Assembly: GCA_976226885.1 (NCBI GenBank)
Contig: OZ320317.1
Location: 2,170,001-2,234,000 of the forward strand
Direction: 5' to 3'
Origin: Iphione sp. A-MEVVRFRX5
Taxonomy: Eukaryota
Length of the DNA stretch: 64,000 nucleotides
A program made the position numbers and the translations under genes. Shown here piece after piece: positions 1 through 13,490 of this stretch. The notes below the pieces were generated by a model that worked only from the letters and a program-made list of their open reading frames with translations, did not search any database and was not told where the DNA came from. Each line of letters begins with the position of its first letter. Position 1 is the first letter of the stretch.

Positions 1-2479
1 AACATACTTTAACGTGTCTATCGTTGAAATAAGTTCAGGTCCCCAACGGTATTTGCGAAATAATTTTAACAAAGACAAGTAAATAAGTTTCACTCCAAAA
101 TACATTAAATCGTTGTGCATGGAATGGTCTCTCTCAGTTTGTGCAAAGAGAAAGGGGTCTGTTTATTCAAGAAACACATGGGTTTATATATGACAGTATT
201 ACATAAGAGTTGCTAAAAATAGGATGTCTAGACATTCTCTTCTACGTACTAAATAAACAATCCGCGAGGTACCTCTACTATGCAATGCAAATACGGGTCC
301 ACGAGGTGTCACGGACCACACCCTGTCGCGGATCACGGATTCTGTCACGGACCGCTCTCACGGACTGACCATCCTTCTAGCACCAATACGCTCTTGTTAC
401 ATGCACACACTACAATACAAAAATGCACAACGACCAGTACTGCATTTTGAAAATCATCAGGCATACTGCACATCATGTAATGGATTCATTTATTTTTTTT
501 ATTTGAAACATTTCAATATGAGTTGACCGGGCTGAGTTAATAACAAAAGGTGAGAGATACTGGCTGTTGGTAGAGAAAATCATGATGGCTTAGAGTCCAA
601 AAGTGCACAGGAAAGCATAATGGTATACCATAAACCTATCAAAATATGCAGTAGCAAACTATGATGAGCAGCAACTTATGAATAAAATACCCGAAAATGA
701 TGAAGCATCATCTGGTGTCCTTCCAAGCAAAAGTGTCAAATACAGGTACGAAAAATGAAAAGTGAAAAAAAGTGATATATGAAAGCGCCTTGGATGGCAC
801 ATTAAATTTCACCTTTTCGGCAAATGCATTACCCGTGTGACTAACATAGTTGTAAATTGGCTACCTACAGGGAACACTGGAAAAGTCACCAACAGGTAAG
901 AACACACATCCCAGTTAGGCTGATGCAGATATGCCAATGCTTGACCTAGGTGTGAATGTGTTTCGAACAGCCTCCTCATCCAAGATGGTAACATCTTTTT
1001 CACAAATGTTTCATCAATAAAATTAATATAAATAACTCAGTAATTTATGGTTGTGTACATTACAGTCTGCATTGTAGGCTGAAACCTATGTTAAACAACA
1101 CTGCTGCTAGTAGGGGTCACTGAGTGTAACTCCTGATGCCACTGTGACATGCATTTTGAGGTCAATGAGTGAAGTTTCATGACCTCATAGCAATTTTCAC
1201 TACTGTGATACTGGTGGGAAAAAACACCAGATCTCAATTATTTGGTATTGAAGCTTTAAGATCACCTCACATCTCCAAATATGGGAGAAGCTCTTTGATT
1301 GGTGGCAAATACTGTACAGCTTGTTACTTTGTATGTTTTACTAGAGGAAGTGTATTCATTGGCTGAAAACTTTCTTTTAACATAAAAAATTTTTGCAACT
1401 GATGGAACTGTGTCTTGATTGGTCAGATAGTGAGGCTAGGCCTCTGATTGGTTGATTAGTGCTGGGAAAGGCTATACAAACACTGGTTTTGGGAGGAAAT
1501 AAGCAGTTTGGAACTAGCAGCCTTGATTTTCAAAGAACTTTTTGTTGGTCAAAATTTCAGTATTGTGAAAATACATCTTCACTTTGTAAACTTGCAGGTT
1601 CAAGTCACTGTCAAAGATGCTGGTAACAATAGAAAAGCTAAGAATATTCTGGATGGAGTTATTGCACGGAATAAATTAGAATAAATAGATTAGTACAATC
1701 AATATAAATACCAAACTGTCAAGAAATTTCTGAAGCTGTAGTCTGTAAGACTTAGTTGTATTGGAAGTAAAAGTAAAATTCCTGCTCACAGAATGTCTGC
1801 TCCACAAGTGAGTAGCACTGCCGAATGTTTGAAGTAGTAGACGCTTTTTTTCTCATGTTTACATGAATTCAGAACAATTTCATCAATCTGTCTACAAAAA
1901 AAATAAAAACAAATGACTGACTTTAGAACTATGCCTTCTCACTGCATTCTTACAATACCACTTGTAAAAATTGGCCAAAATTCATAACTTGTATAAACGA
2001 GAAAAAAATATTTAATCTTATGTCAATACAGGAAAGATGACTTATCCAAGATGGCAACCAAAACATCAAATCTGTATGAATAAGTCTGGAGATCTTTAAA
2101 AAATCTATGTTTAAAGCTTTTGGCATAACCATAGAGTAAAGAGGTAACCATGTTGGTGTGCATATATTTGTTTTTGTTTATTTCCAATCTCCTTACAGGA
2201 CAGAGGTTTCCATTATTGTAGGCATATGTGTTTTGATGAACCATGTAACACTTTCGATTACACAACTATTCAGACAGTCACTCAATGTAAGTGAGATACA
2301 ATACATTAGCCAGTATCCACCAACATATGTGTGCCTTGCTTTATACATTGTAGTGTGGTAGTTTGATACAAAGTTTGCTGTGCTTTCAATAAGAATCCTT
2401 ACTGCCACATGAAACTTCATACACGCTAAACACCTTACCATAGTACCACATCAATACTTCTATACAAAAGTTCCATATT

Positions 2480-3640
2480 CAACCCTTTGGAGTTTTTCAG
2501 ATGTTTTGAGGGAGTTTGGAGGTACTAGAACCACCAATGGAGGAGAAAGCACTGTTTTTGCCCTATTAATTTTCTCAATGGATACATATAGATCTCTTGG
2601 CCCATAACAAAATAGTAAAAACTGTTCTGCTCTACTGGCCTTCTTTTGAAAGCTATTGGTGGTTTTGTGCAGACTGGTAATGTCTGCAGACCACCACCAA
2701 AGTTGATAGTCCTACCCTGTGGAGTTTTTTGGGTGTTCTGAGCAGGCTTGGGAGGTGCTAGCAATGGCTGAGAAATCACTGGGTTTTGTCCCATTCATTT
2801 TCTTAATGTGTCCATAAATATCTCTCAGCCCCCAAAACAGTGATGAAAACCATTTTGCTGTATGAACCTCTGTTGTGTTGTGGGTAGTTTGGGGCAGACA
2901 TTTGATGCCTGCAAATCACCATCAATCTCAACAGTCCTACCCTTTGGGGGTTTTCAAATGTTTTGAGCAAGTTTAGGGGTGCCCGGACCACAGGGGACAA
3001 GGAAACTCTGCTTTTGTTCCTGTACTTTTTTCCATGGATTCATGTATGTCTCCTAGACTGCATCATAATAGTAAAAATCATTTAACTCTATGAGTGTTTG
3101 TTGCAGAGCTTCAGGTGGTTTTGTGCAAACATGCTTTGTCAGCAGATCGTCACCACTTCAACAGTCTTACTCTGTGGGTTTTTTTGATGTCCTGTGTGAG
3201 TTTGGAGGTGCCAAGACCATAAAGGGATGTCCAAAAACTGTTCAAGTCCCATTAATTGTTGGCCTGCCCTGCAATGGTGAAAACTGTTGGTCTCTGCAAG
3301 CTTTCTTTGTGAAGCTATGGGTGATTTTGTGCAGACATTCAAAGTCCATGGATCGCCACCAAATTTGACAGTCTCCTCTTGGGCTTTTTAGCTGTCTGAG
3401 TAAGTTTAGGTGTAGTTTGAGTGATGCGCAAGTGCTGCTTTTGTCCCATCAAATTTTTCAATTGATATATTTGGATCACTTGCCCTGTAATGCAATGGTC
3501 TAAAGCACTTTACTTTAGGAGCCTTTTTAGCAAGGCTATTGGTGGATTTTTGCAGGCATGTGAAGTCTAGGGATCACCTCCAAACTTGACTGACCTACCC
3601 ATTGAGTTCTTGAGAGAGTTTTGGGGTGCAAACACCACCA
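2480..3640. repeat. Degenerate tandem array of about five 205-230 bp units
   Basis: The anchor motif (c/t)agtcctaccct recurs near 2707, 2932, 3162, 3369 and 3590, with a weaker copy near 2480. Each is followed by a ggagttttt..gatgttttgag..agtttggaggtg-like tract. The motif aagctattggtggttttgtgcag also recurs once per unit. Confidence 0.75.
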
Positions 3641-4439
3641 AAAGATGAAATAAACACTTTTTCTGTCATGTTAACTTTCTCAGTGGATCCATTCAGGGTG
3701 TCTTCAACACACCCCGAGCAGGCTTGGATGAGCTTTAACCACCAGGGACCAAGCAATTGCTCAATTTGGGCAGTTAGCTTTCCCAGTGAATGTGCATAGG
3801 CGTCGCAGCAATTAAGGAGCAACTGCCCCATCAGACACAGTACCCAGTCCCTCCACTGGAAGAAGCAGGTCAGGCTTCAGCAGTTCAGTTTGGAGTTGGC
3901 ATCTGATGAGTTTGATCGGGGTGCTCCCAGATAAGCCAGACTCACCATAGGGGGCCTCTTTAGCCTCAGGTGGCTCCCTCCAGGTCTAAACAATTTCTTG
4001 GCCAGCTGTCTGTTGGACTGTTGGCTGAAAGTATGTCAGTGCCAGGCACAACTCAAATTGTCCATCCAGCTAGGTGGTGCAGGATAAGCCAAGTTGTCAA
4101 CATGCTTGAGGGGCTGAGGTCCAGCAGTGAGTCCTTGGGGACAATCCCAGTTGGCAATATGACCCAAGTTGGCCAAGGGTCAGCGGCAACGCCTAACGCC
4201 ATGCCATCCCAAGACCCAGATAGGGTGGGATGGCCAGCCTGGCTGCTTGGATGAGTTTCAGGCAGAATGCCCATTGGAGGATTACAGGGCTGAGGAGCCT
4301 GCCTTTTTAGTGGTAGAGACCTATTTCTCTACCTATTGGAATTATCTGCTGTTGAGGTCTACGCTCAACAAATTGGATGTTTCTACTATTAATATAATGT
4401 GTATATACCATAATATTCTAGCATTGAAACCTTGTCTGA

Positions 4440-5650
4440 TAAATTAAAATTAGTACTGAAAGAAATATATCTTAGTTTAATGGTAACGGATATATACGGA
4501 TAAGACAAACGTCATTAAGAACATTCACAGGAGATGTTGAAGAAAATTATGTGTATACAGAAATATACACCCACACTTTATTTGAGATTCATTGATAACA
4601 CCTTCTTCATATAGCCACATGGGGAAGACAGACTTTCAGCTTTTATTGAAGGATTCGGGACAAGTGTACCGGATGCTGTCTTCACCTCTAACATATCAAA
4701 GAACAAAGATTTAAGATGTCACTGTCTAAGAAGGGTTCTAGCAAAAGCTGGAATAAGTTCAAAGAAGGGTATCTGGTTCACGCTATGGCAGGGCATCTGC
4801 TGGAGGTGTACCTCTGTTGGTGCAATGGGAAAAGCAACTTCTTTATTCAGAGACTTGGCCCTATTTATACAAAGACTGGCTGTAAAATGAACTTAGCCTT
4901 ATAAACAATATCATGTAAGACCCTCAATGAGTCCGACTCAGAACTTAATTTGGAACAGAATCAGAATATATATTGTAGAGTACATCATACAAAAACTTAA
5001 AAGTAGGAATTATGCTCTGCCTGGAGACTTGCCTCTAGTAGAGAGTGATATTTCTTGACACCAAGGTATCAAGAGTGAGTATAGGGAGTATCAGCATAGA
5101 GCTTTACACAAAAGACATGGATACAAACAGAATTTCACATAGCCAATGCTCAATGCTCAGCAAGACCAATGCAAATGAAAAAGATATTCCATACAGTTAG
5201 TTTCTTAGAATAGGCAGGATCCGTTGTGCCGTTGTGATTGTGACTTTGTAAAATATGCCCTAATGAAGGAAAAAACTTTGCTAAAGATAACAACCCCTTA
5301 GAAATCGAAAGAGGGGCCTCACATGAATCTCTAAAAGTCTGACAAGACCAACTGGTAAGGAAGAGCTAATGAAAAACAGTGTTAACATCTATATCATCGA
5401 TAACCACCCAAAAAATAGAAAGACAGAGGAACTAGTGAGGGAGAATCAGATTTTTCTGGAAAGGTCACACAGCACAAAACATCTCAAAAGAGATAAGCTA
5501 TTTGTAGCATACGGAGAATCTAAAAATTTAGTAGACTACCAATAAGATCCAAATATCTTGAGTTTTGGACTCTTTCATTCTCTCTTCTTCAAATATTTAT
5601 ACAACGAATAAGAAATACAGGAATGGGCATGACATAATTTATTCAGAATA
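4440..5650 (+). mobile_element. Decayed Penelope-like element RT remnant
   Basis: Frame at 4561-4700 reads KYTPTLYLRFIDNTFFI*PHGEDRLSAFIEGF, resembling the PLE RT motif (LRFIDDIFFIW.HG). An upstream FSFNGNGY..QTSLRT-like segment and a downstream LKSRNY segment also fit. Many stops and frameshifts. Confidence 0.6.
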
Positions 5651-7324
5651 ACAATAGTCTCAGGAGACTGCAAAGTTTATCACAATGCATACACATATAC
5701 GTTAATATCAAATGAGAATGTTGGTCTCTTGAGACCGGGACACGGTGAATAATAGTGCAATCTCCAAACCAACTAGGGGATTATGCCAAGTCAGGGTAAG
5801 GGTAGATGAAGCCCTATAGATTGCTGGAAGCTTGGATGCTGAGATTCACTTGGAAGACCTTGCCTAGGTAACTCCAATACACCCACAAAGCTTAATATCT
5901 TGTTTCCACTATTTGGAATAATTCCTCTCTGCATTTGATGTATTTTCTCTAGGATTGATCTCAAAAGATGGATGTCACTGTGTTCAGTTGTATTTTTGTA
6001 GATGCCTAAATCTGCAGTCTTGAAAGACTACTAAATCCATGAAATACTAATTTATGCTCTAAGTTAATCTTATCTCCAAAATGGTTCAATGTGCATTTTG
6101 ACACTGGGCTATAATAATGCTTATCAGGTAACTTGTCAACAATGGTTTTCACCTATCATAAGAAATATTGAAGGTGGATATATCTATTCCCGTCTATTCC
6201 ATAGCCACTCATTGATCAGTGAAGGTGGAATTGATTTCTGACATGACATAGATCAGCTAGAAGTAAGTTATTATTCAATTATTTTCCTTTTATTTACTAG
6301 TTATTACAAGAATTCAACAGAATGTTTTCATCAGAAGAAATCAGTCTCTAAATAACTGAGACTTTTAATTGATTTCAGTCTTTCTTAATCCTTACTTGTT
6401 GTTTAACATTATATTAAATATTACAATATGTTTTTAGCCATTTTGCTTACAATATGTCATCCCTAAACCCTAGTAATTTGCGTTTCTACTGCCAATTGGC
6501 TGCTACATCCAATTTCAATACACTGGTTAAATTTGTGAAACAGAAAAGTATTTGAATCTTGTAGATTGGCAAGGCTTAATTCTCTGACATGGACAAAAAA
6601 ATGGCCAAAAGATGTACTCGAATGAGCTTTTGGGAATAAGCCCCTTATTTCTCATATCTGTTCTCAGTATGCTGCATACAAAACTGTTCCTCAAACCCCC
6701 ATGGATTTCTTTGGATGTCTTTTAACATCATCTGTTTACATATTTACTAGGGTATGGACATAGATATTTTGATTTTTTGTTCTTGTTCCACTGTCAGTAT
6801 TATGTACTATTCAGATTTCATATAAATAAGTGCTTTGATTTGGACTTTTTTCTTGTTGTTTAGAAAAGAAATTGTAAAATTTATCGATTTATACTATAAA
6901 CTTTCCTATTAAGCTAGAACTATAACACACCAAGAAATCTGACATCACTCAATACTCCTATAAAACCAGATAAATATGAACCATCCAAAAGGTTTATTCT
7001 AAACTGCTACACTTAAAATAGACTCCAATCTCTAGACAGGTAAAATTCAATGTATCTGCCTTTGACCCAGGTCAAACATTATTGTGCATGAACCTAATTT
7101 AGGTGGCTATGAAAAAGTTTATCAGTTAAGTTTTAAACAAAATTTAAAAACAATTTGTTCTCATCATGAAAATGGTTTCAATGTCCATACATTTACAACT
7201 TGAACAATTGAGTCTTCAAACTGAGGGAATACAAATTCATCTTTGTCAAAGTTCTGTAATATATTCATTAAATTTCTCTTTTTCTCTCAGGCCTGCTGCA
7301 TTTTGAACACCAAAAACGTGATGA

Positions 7325-7516
7325 ATGTGGTTCTTCATGTTGTCAGTATTAGTAATGATGATACTAATTTTTATGTATAGGAATCATAAACCTTTAAATT
7401 TACCAGGACCAGCAGGATTTCCATTTCTGGGCAATGTTCATCGATTGAAAGCAGGAGAGTCACATATTAAACTATGTGAATGGGCCAAAAAATATGGAGA
7501 TGTTTTCACGATAAAG
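7325..7516 (+). CDS. Cytochrome P450 (clan 2-like), first coding exon only
   Basis: A hydrophobic N-terminal anchor is followed by the Pro-rich hinge LPGPAGFPFLGN and then LCEWAKKYGDVFTIK, typical of microsomal CYP N-termini. Acceptor tttttctctcag ends at 7290 and a phase-0 donor AAG|gtactg starts at 7517. Confidence 0.85.
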
Positions 7517-7899
7517 GTACTGTCCATGCATGAACTTCATTTATCTCACCATTTATTGAAAGTTTAACTAAGTTTCTTATATAAGTGCTGTCCACTTTAA
7601 CAAAACTATATGTAAGTTATGCAATTACTTCTGTCAGTTGCCAACAAGAAGTGGTGCACGGTTTTGTTGATTAGACACATCTGGGGTGTAAATATATATA
7701 TATATATACACCATAGGAGAACTGACAGGAACAGGTATCTCTTTGAAAAGGATAGTTAGATTCTGATAAATGTCTATCCTTACATTGCATATTTCAGCAA
7801 TTTGCATACAAAATGTTATTCTTCTTCAAACTTGGTTTCCATAATATAACAAGCTTTATGGGAAATTCTACCTTTGTAGCATAAAGCAAACACCATGAG

Positions 7900-8160
7900 T
7901 CAGGTTCGTTTTGACCTTTTATTCTTCTCAGCGTAGATGGTTACAGCAAGTCTGCGTCTTCACGTCAACCGAGGGCAAGTTTGACAACAGCTTTGGACTG
8001 CTTCACTTATATACATTGTTAAATCTTTATTTAGTAGCATCAACAGGACATTGTTGCTTACCAAATGTCAGACAAGACAATAAGTTGTTAAGTTTTAGAT
8101 GTCTTACTGATAAGGACATCGTGGTTAACATTAAAACCCTTGTGTGAACAAAGTGGCAAA
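7900..8160 (-). mobile_element. Very decayed LINE RT fragment
   Basis: Minus-strand frames give VNHDVLISK (like DxVxHxILxxKL) and TIYAE (like YADD). All frames are disrupted. Confidence 0.35.
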
Positions 8161-9499
8161 CAACACAATTGAGCTCTAGTTACACTGATAGGAAGAACTG
8201 CATTCTCGAAAGGAACAAACAAATCACATGCTACTTCGCTGTAGACTTACTTACAGTCCTTTTAACCGTACACTGTACATTACATATTAACTATACACTG
8301 TACATTATAATACCAAAACTATCCCTTTAAGGGCAGTGCCAACATCTTTGTTATTGAAATATTGAAATTGAAATAAAGTTTATTGTCAAAAGGATCTTTC
8401 ACAATTGCGGGAGCTTTTCACAAAAAGACAAGTTTACAATTCTACATTATTGACAACAGTATATATCCTACATGGTAACAGTTACATAGGCCTGTAGTGC
8501 ATCTATATATATGTATAGCATATACGCCTCTCGTCAGTTCTGGTACATGAAACTACATCCTGACAAACTCACCAATAGCAGAAATGACAGAGCAGAGGAT
8601 GTCTTGGCCACACTCTTCCCTAGGTAACCAGATTTTCTTAAATTTATAATATGGAAAATTAAGGTTATTGAAATGTAAAAATGATATTCATTCGATTCAT
8701 TTCTTCTCAAATTATATTTTTTTCAACTTTGTAAATCTAGATTTGATTTTCAGGTAAGGTTCACACGAATTCTAGTCGGTTATGATTCTTAAACAGGGAA
8801 AATATTGTTTGGTGGAGGATAGGAAGGCGGAGGATACTTTGTCAGAGGGCATACAGACGGAGGAACGGAACTAGAATAGCAGAGGATGGGACCTGTCCCT
8901 ATAAATATGTGTGTGTTGTGTTGTTTTGTAGCTGCTCTTCTGCCATTGTGTAATACACAACCATCAAAACATATACAAAGATGTCTTTATCATGGTGAAA
9001 GCCAACAACATACTGCTTCCTTTCAGCTCCTAGACTTTTTTTAAGTCCTTGATTTGATCTGGACAAAATTATTGCTTGAAATTTAGTCTGTGTTCTTATC
9101 CAAGAAAAGGAGATGTTAAAGATGATTTATAATACAACAGTATTCTAATTTGAAATTTCCTCTATCGCTAAAACAACAAGAACTATTCTATACTAAACAA
9201 AATGACTTATAGCTAACTGATGGAGCTAAACAAGAATGACTCATTCAGAAAGAAAAATCACATCTATAGGAAATATATGGTCACTTCTTGAAAATAGATC
9301 CGAAAATGATCAGATTACATTTTATATACAAAAAATACAAGCATTAAAAGTATAAGTAAATTCCTCAAACGGGAAAATTGAATGCTGTTCATCCGAGGAA
9401 AAGGTCAAAGGTACAGTCTTTGCAAGATGGGAATGCCCCATGTATAACTCTCAGGTATGAATGTTAAAATTCAAAATGCAAAAGATAAGAGTAAAAGTC

Positions 9500-10900
9500 T
9501 TTAGAAATTCAAACAACATTCACTATCTTGGGTCTTCCTCACATCAGCTGGTGGCGACGGGTAATGCTTGGGAGTTGGAAGAGGCAGATCTCCTGGAGTC
9601 AAAACTTTGTTGACAGCCTGGGAGACTTGTCTTTGGCTCCCCTGTTGCTGCTCTCTGAAGGTTTCTGGCACCCTTGAAAATGCAAGACAAGTCAAGCATG
9701 GCCTGTGGCTGTGGCTGCAGAGCATACTGCTCCCAGATTACCAAACAGACATGTTGCTGCGCTTAAACAAGTGCCCTGGCAGCCCCTTTACTTCCGTTGG
9801 TTGGTACAACTTTGGCCCGAACAGGCGCAGCTGGTCATGCATTGGGCAAAGCAGGTCCTCAGGGATCATGGACCTCTCTGCTATAGTCTCCATGAAGCTC
9901 AAAGTATAAGAGGCCACGAATCAATGTTCCGGCACCAATGACTCCATATCCTCTGATGGTTACTTGAATCAGATGGCAAGTAGATAAGCTTGGTGGCCAA
10001 GGTCCTTACTGCAATGTAGTAGGGAGGCAGTTGACCATCAAGAATCTAATGGACCCAAATATTCTAGCCTGCTTCCCTAGGTGGCAGTGGCTAGTACCTA
10101 GCTGGGTGTTGCAGCTCGCCTTGATCTCCACCCTGTTGGCTTAAGTGGGTTCCCGTTGCCATTTCTTGATCTCTCATTCTCTAGCAGGCTGCTCTAGTGG
10201 GTCCTGATCAGCAGCACCAGGAGCCTGGCTGCTCCCTCTCCTACTATTGTTGAAGAAAGAGTGCCTGCTGCTGGGCCACAAAAAAGCTGCATTCTCTGGA
10301 GTCTTGAGGGGAAGCATCCCTCAACCCCACTTGACTCCTGTTCTGCCTGCATCTGCTGGACTCTGAGCTCTATGGAGGGCTTTCAGCAAATGGAGGTCAT
10401 GCTGATGTCCAATGGGCCATTAATGTCTTTCAAATCTTCCTCCTCCTTGGTGCTCGCAAACTGAACAAACCAGCCAGAGAGGGTAATTCCTCCGTGGGCT
10501 CTGATTCTCCTCCCTCTCTACTTGTTTCACAATCATCCTCAACTTCCTCTTTAACCTTCTGCTTCCCCTCTGATTGCTGCTCAGTCTCTGACTCGGATGA
10601 CCTGGATCTTACCGATGATCTCCTTTTGCCTGCTGCTTCTCCCCTTCCAAAGTTGACTGTTTTCTCTCCCTCTCTGCTGTTGTGATCACCTTGTTCATTT
10701 TGACCCTACAGCTGTTCCTGGATTTCCGAACGTTTACTGAGGACTGTTTCGATCATGTCCCGCTGGAATCACTCATCAAAGGCATAGGGCCATTTCTCAA
10801 GGACTCGTCCTCCAGTTACAAAGCAGATTCCAAACACTGCCACCAAAATGTAGTGTGCACCTGGTCTCCAATGAGTTGCGCATCACAAAATAACACAAAC
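9500..10900 (-). mobile_element. GC-richer decayed ORF, possibly gag-like sequence of a retroelement
   Basis: Composition shifts sharply from the AT-rich flanks. The minus strand reads a charged low-complexity stretch (RRSSVRSRSSESETEQQSEGKQKVKEEVEDD) and a later Cys/His cluster (CSHSHRPCLTC) between stops. No diagnostic motif. Confidence 0.3.
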
Positions 10901-11471
10901 TAACATAAAATATGTGGTTCACTCAACATGCAAAAATGAGGATGGGGTGCATGTAGAAAGTATGTGTGTATTCAGGAGAAGGGACATCCTTATATAAACC
11001 TGGGTAAATTGCATGACACAGATACTCCTGGAAAATTGCATAAGATAATTGATAAAAAAATATCTCTCTGCCCTTTCTGATTGGGCACTCCAGTAACAGT
11101 AACGGAGCAAGTGACAAGCACCTAGCTAAGTGTTTAAGTGATCAGCTCTGTTCAGGAAACTACATCCTCACAAACTCACAAGTCCTAGAATTGAAAGAGT
11201 ATGTCTCCAATACACTATGTAGGAGATCAAAATTATGTACATATTGCAGCAATCTTGATGGGAATACAATCAACCAAAGCGTACGGAATACTCACTTTAC
11301 AAATCATTTACATATCTGATATAATTCTGAGGGAACTATTCAAACTTAACACACGTAATGGTAAGGTTTTTAATAAACATTTTTCATATCAAAGACACCA
11401 TAACCTTGACTTGGTTTCATGAAGCATCAATCACTAAATATAAGTATTACTAGTTGAACACAATGATTTAC

Positions 11472-11676
11472 CTGTGACAGCCACGCCGGGAGTGTACACA
11501 GCACTGTCCACAGAGATGATGTAAGGGTGGGGCTCTGCAGAGGCAGCTGTTCCATGGTGAGGTAGCAACGAATTACAGGCAGTTGGTGGTGCCCCACTAC
11601 CAAAAGCCACAGTAACTCTGAAGGTCATCCCCAGGAGGCAGCATAGGGTTAAAAGACTCCTAATCAAGGAAGACAT
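11472..11676 (-). CDS. Reeler-domain secreted protein, paralog 1, first coding exon
   Basis: Signal peptide plus FGSGAPPTACNSLLPHHG..PYIISVDSAVYTPGVAVT, a Reeler N-terminal pattern. Acceptor tttgacag lies at 11711-11710 and a phase-1 donor ACAG|gtaaat at 11471. The coding length (205 nt) and splice sites match the paralog at 60539-60743. Confidence 0.85.
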
Positions 11677-12002
11677 GGTTCCTCCGTGCATGATGGAATA
11701 GGGGTGAATCTGTCAAATGGACCTCATACTTTGGTCTGTTGAAATATATAATCAGAGGTAGACAGGGATAGACTCCAGTAGTTTTCAAGAGTTTCACTAA
11801 ACATTTACTCATTATTAATGTGTGTTAATTAAGTCTGTATTTCTTGTGGCTTAAAGCAACAACATATGTACTTAAAGTCAACTTTGATATAATGGTCTTG
11901 TTCTCACATTAAGAGAGGAGAACTCACATATATATATATTATATATTGAATAATACAAGGGTGAAAGAACTCATTTTTCTCTGCAATTTTATTGTGCACA
12001 TA

Positions 12003-12048
12003 CATTATAAACATTATAACCATTATAACACATTATAACCATTATAAC
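12003..12048. repeat. Short tandem repeat of (cattataa-c/a), about 5 copies
   Basis: cattataaacattataaccattataacacattataaccattataac is seen directly. Confidence 0.85.
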
Positions 12049-12366
12049 ATGAGGAATAAAATCATGAGGAAAAGTGACACAATGAAAATGAAATACCTCT
12101 ATATGCATAAAGAGATCAGTAGTTTAATCATTTAGTCACAGAATCTACATATCCTAGATCTATATCCATGACAAATTATGCTTTTTGCCTTATATTCTAC
12201 GCTACTAAATATCATATTGGAAACCATTATATCCTTATATATGAATCATCCACTAGTTTTTAGTCAGGGAGAAGGTCAAAATCACACAGGAAATCCTTGC
12301 ATCTTTTCATATATAACATGATATATAACAGGTTGATGTCACATTTGGAAAGAAATGGTATAATAT

Positions 12367-13490
12367 GTGAAAGTCAGCATGGATTTAGGCCAAGGAGATA
12401 CAGATACTGCACTATACCGCTTAATGGAATATGTTAATCTCAATTTGAATGATGGACAAAAGGTAGTTGGATGTTTCATTGATTTTGCCAAGGCGTTTGA
12501 CTCGGTGAGTCACAAAGTGATATTAAATAAGCTTGGCAGTATAGGTATGGAGGGGATAGTTTCAATCATGTCTGCATATTTAAATAATCTGTGGCAGTCA
12601 ACAAGTTTGGCTGGTCATCATTCTGCTTTGGAAAAGGTTAAATGTGGAGTTCCACAAGGGTCAATATTAGGCCTGATACTGTTCTTAATTTTCATTAATG
12701 ATCTGCCCTTATCTTTAAGACACTCAAGATGCTACCTCTATGCTGATGATGTGGCATTAATGGCAAGAGGAAATACTATCACAGAGGCATTGGAACTACT
12801 ACAGCATGACATAAACCAGATAAGTGAATGGTCTATAGAAAATAGAATACTGATCAATGCTAACAAAACAAAAGTGATGGCCTTTAGCTATGGTAAAAGT
12901 AAAGCAGATGTGGTATTATATATGAATGGTAATTTATTAGAACAAGTAAGACAATTTTTGTATCTGGGGGTAATGATTACTTCAAACCTGAGTTGGGACT
13001 CTTATATAAGGGAATTGGTGGGGAAGGACTATAGCAAACTAAAGCTAGTCAATAAGCTAGTTTTATTAATTACAAGAACAATGCTGTTGCCCAATAACTG
13101 AGTATGGAAATTTTCTAATTGGTAATCCCTCATCTCCGCAATTTAAAAGGTTAGTTACATTAAGAAGGGCAATCTACAGGCACTGTATCTTTCCACATGA
13201 GCCTCCAACCAGGGAGTTGGTCAAGATGGAATTACAATCCGTAATTGATTCGACTCTCCTAAGGTTAGGTTATAATAATAACAGGTTGTCTGAAATAGTA
13301 ACAAAGAATGAAACAAACAGGGGACATGTACATACAAGAAGGAGAATTGAGAAAGAGGATTGTTCTCCTAAGACCAAAATGTGAATCTGTGAGAAGATCA
13401 GTATGCTATAGGTTCCAACAAATTTGGCAAAATTTGTCTAATGAAGAAACAAACTATAACCCATTGCAAATGAATGCATTGTGGAAAAGC
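12367..13490 (+). mobile_element. 5'-truncated LINE (CR1/L2-like) RT fragment
   Basis: Contains FIDFAKAFDSVSH, GVPQGSILG and LYADD. A frameshifted C-terminal piece (LLRPKCESVRRSVCYRFQQIWQNL) lies at 13308-13450. Confidence 0.9.

Noticed and set aside
871-895. Possible 25-nt micro-exon (ctacag|...|gtaaga) on +
   Set aside because: Splice-like flanks alone are common by chance, and it cannot be linked to any gene.
3700-4330. GC-richer stretch with several short ORFs
   Set aside because: No recognisable motif on either strand. Probably a TE remnant, but I cannot support a call.
11060-11105. VTVTG.. segment resembling Reeler exon 2 for paralog 1
   Set aside because: The acceptor is CG rather than AG, the F.GF..Q motif is missing, and there is no donor.
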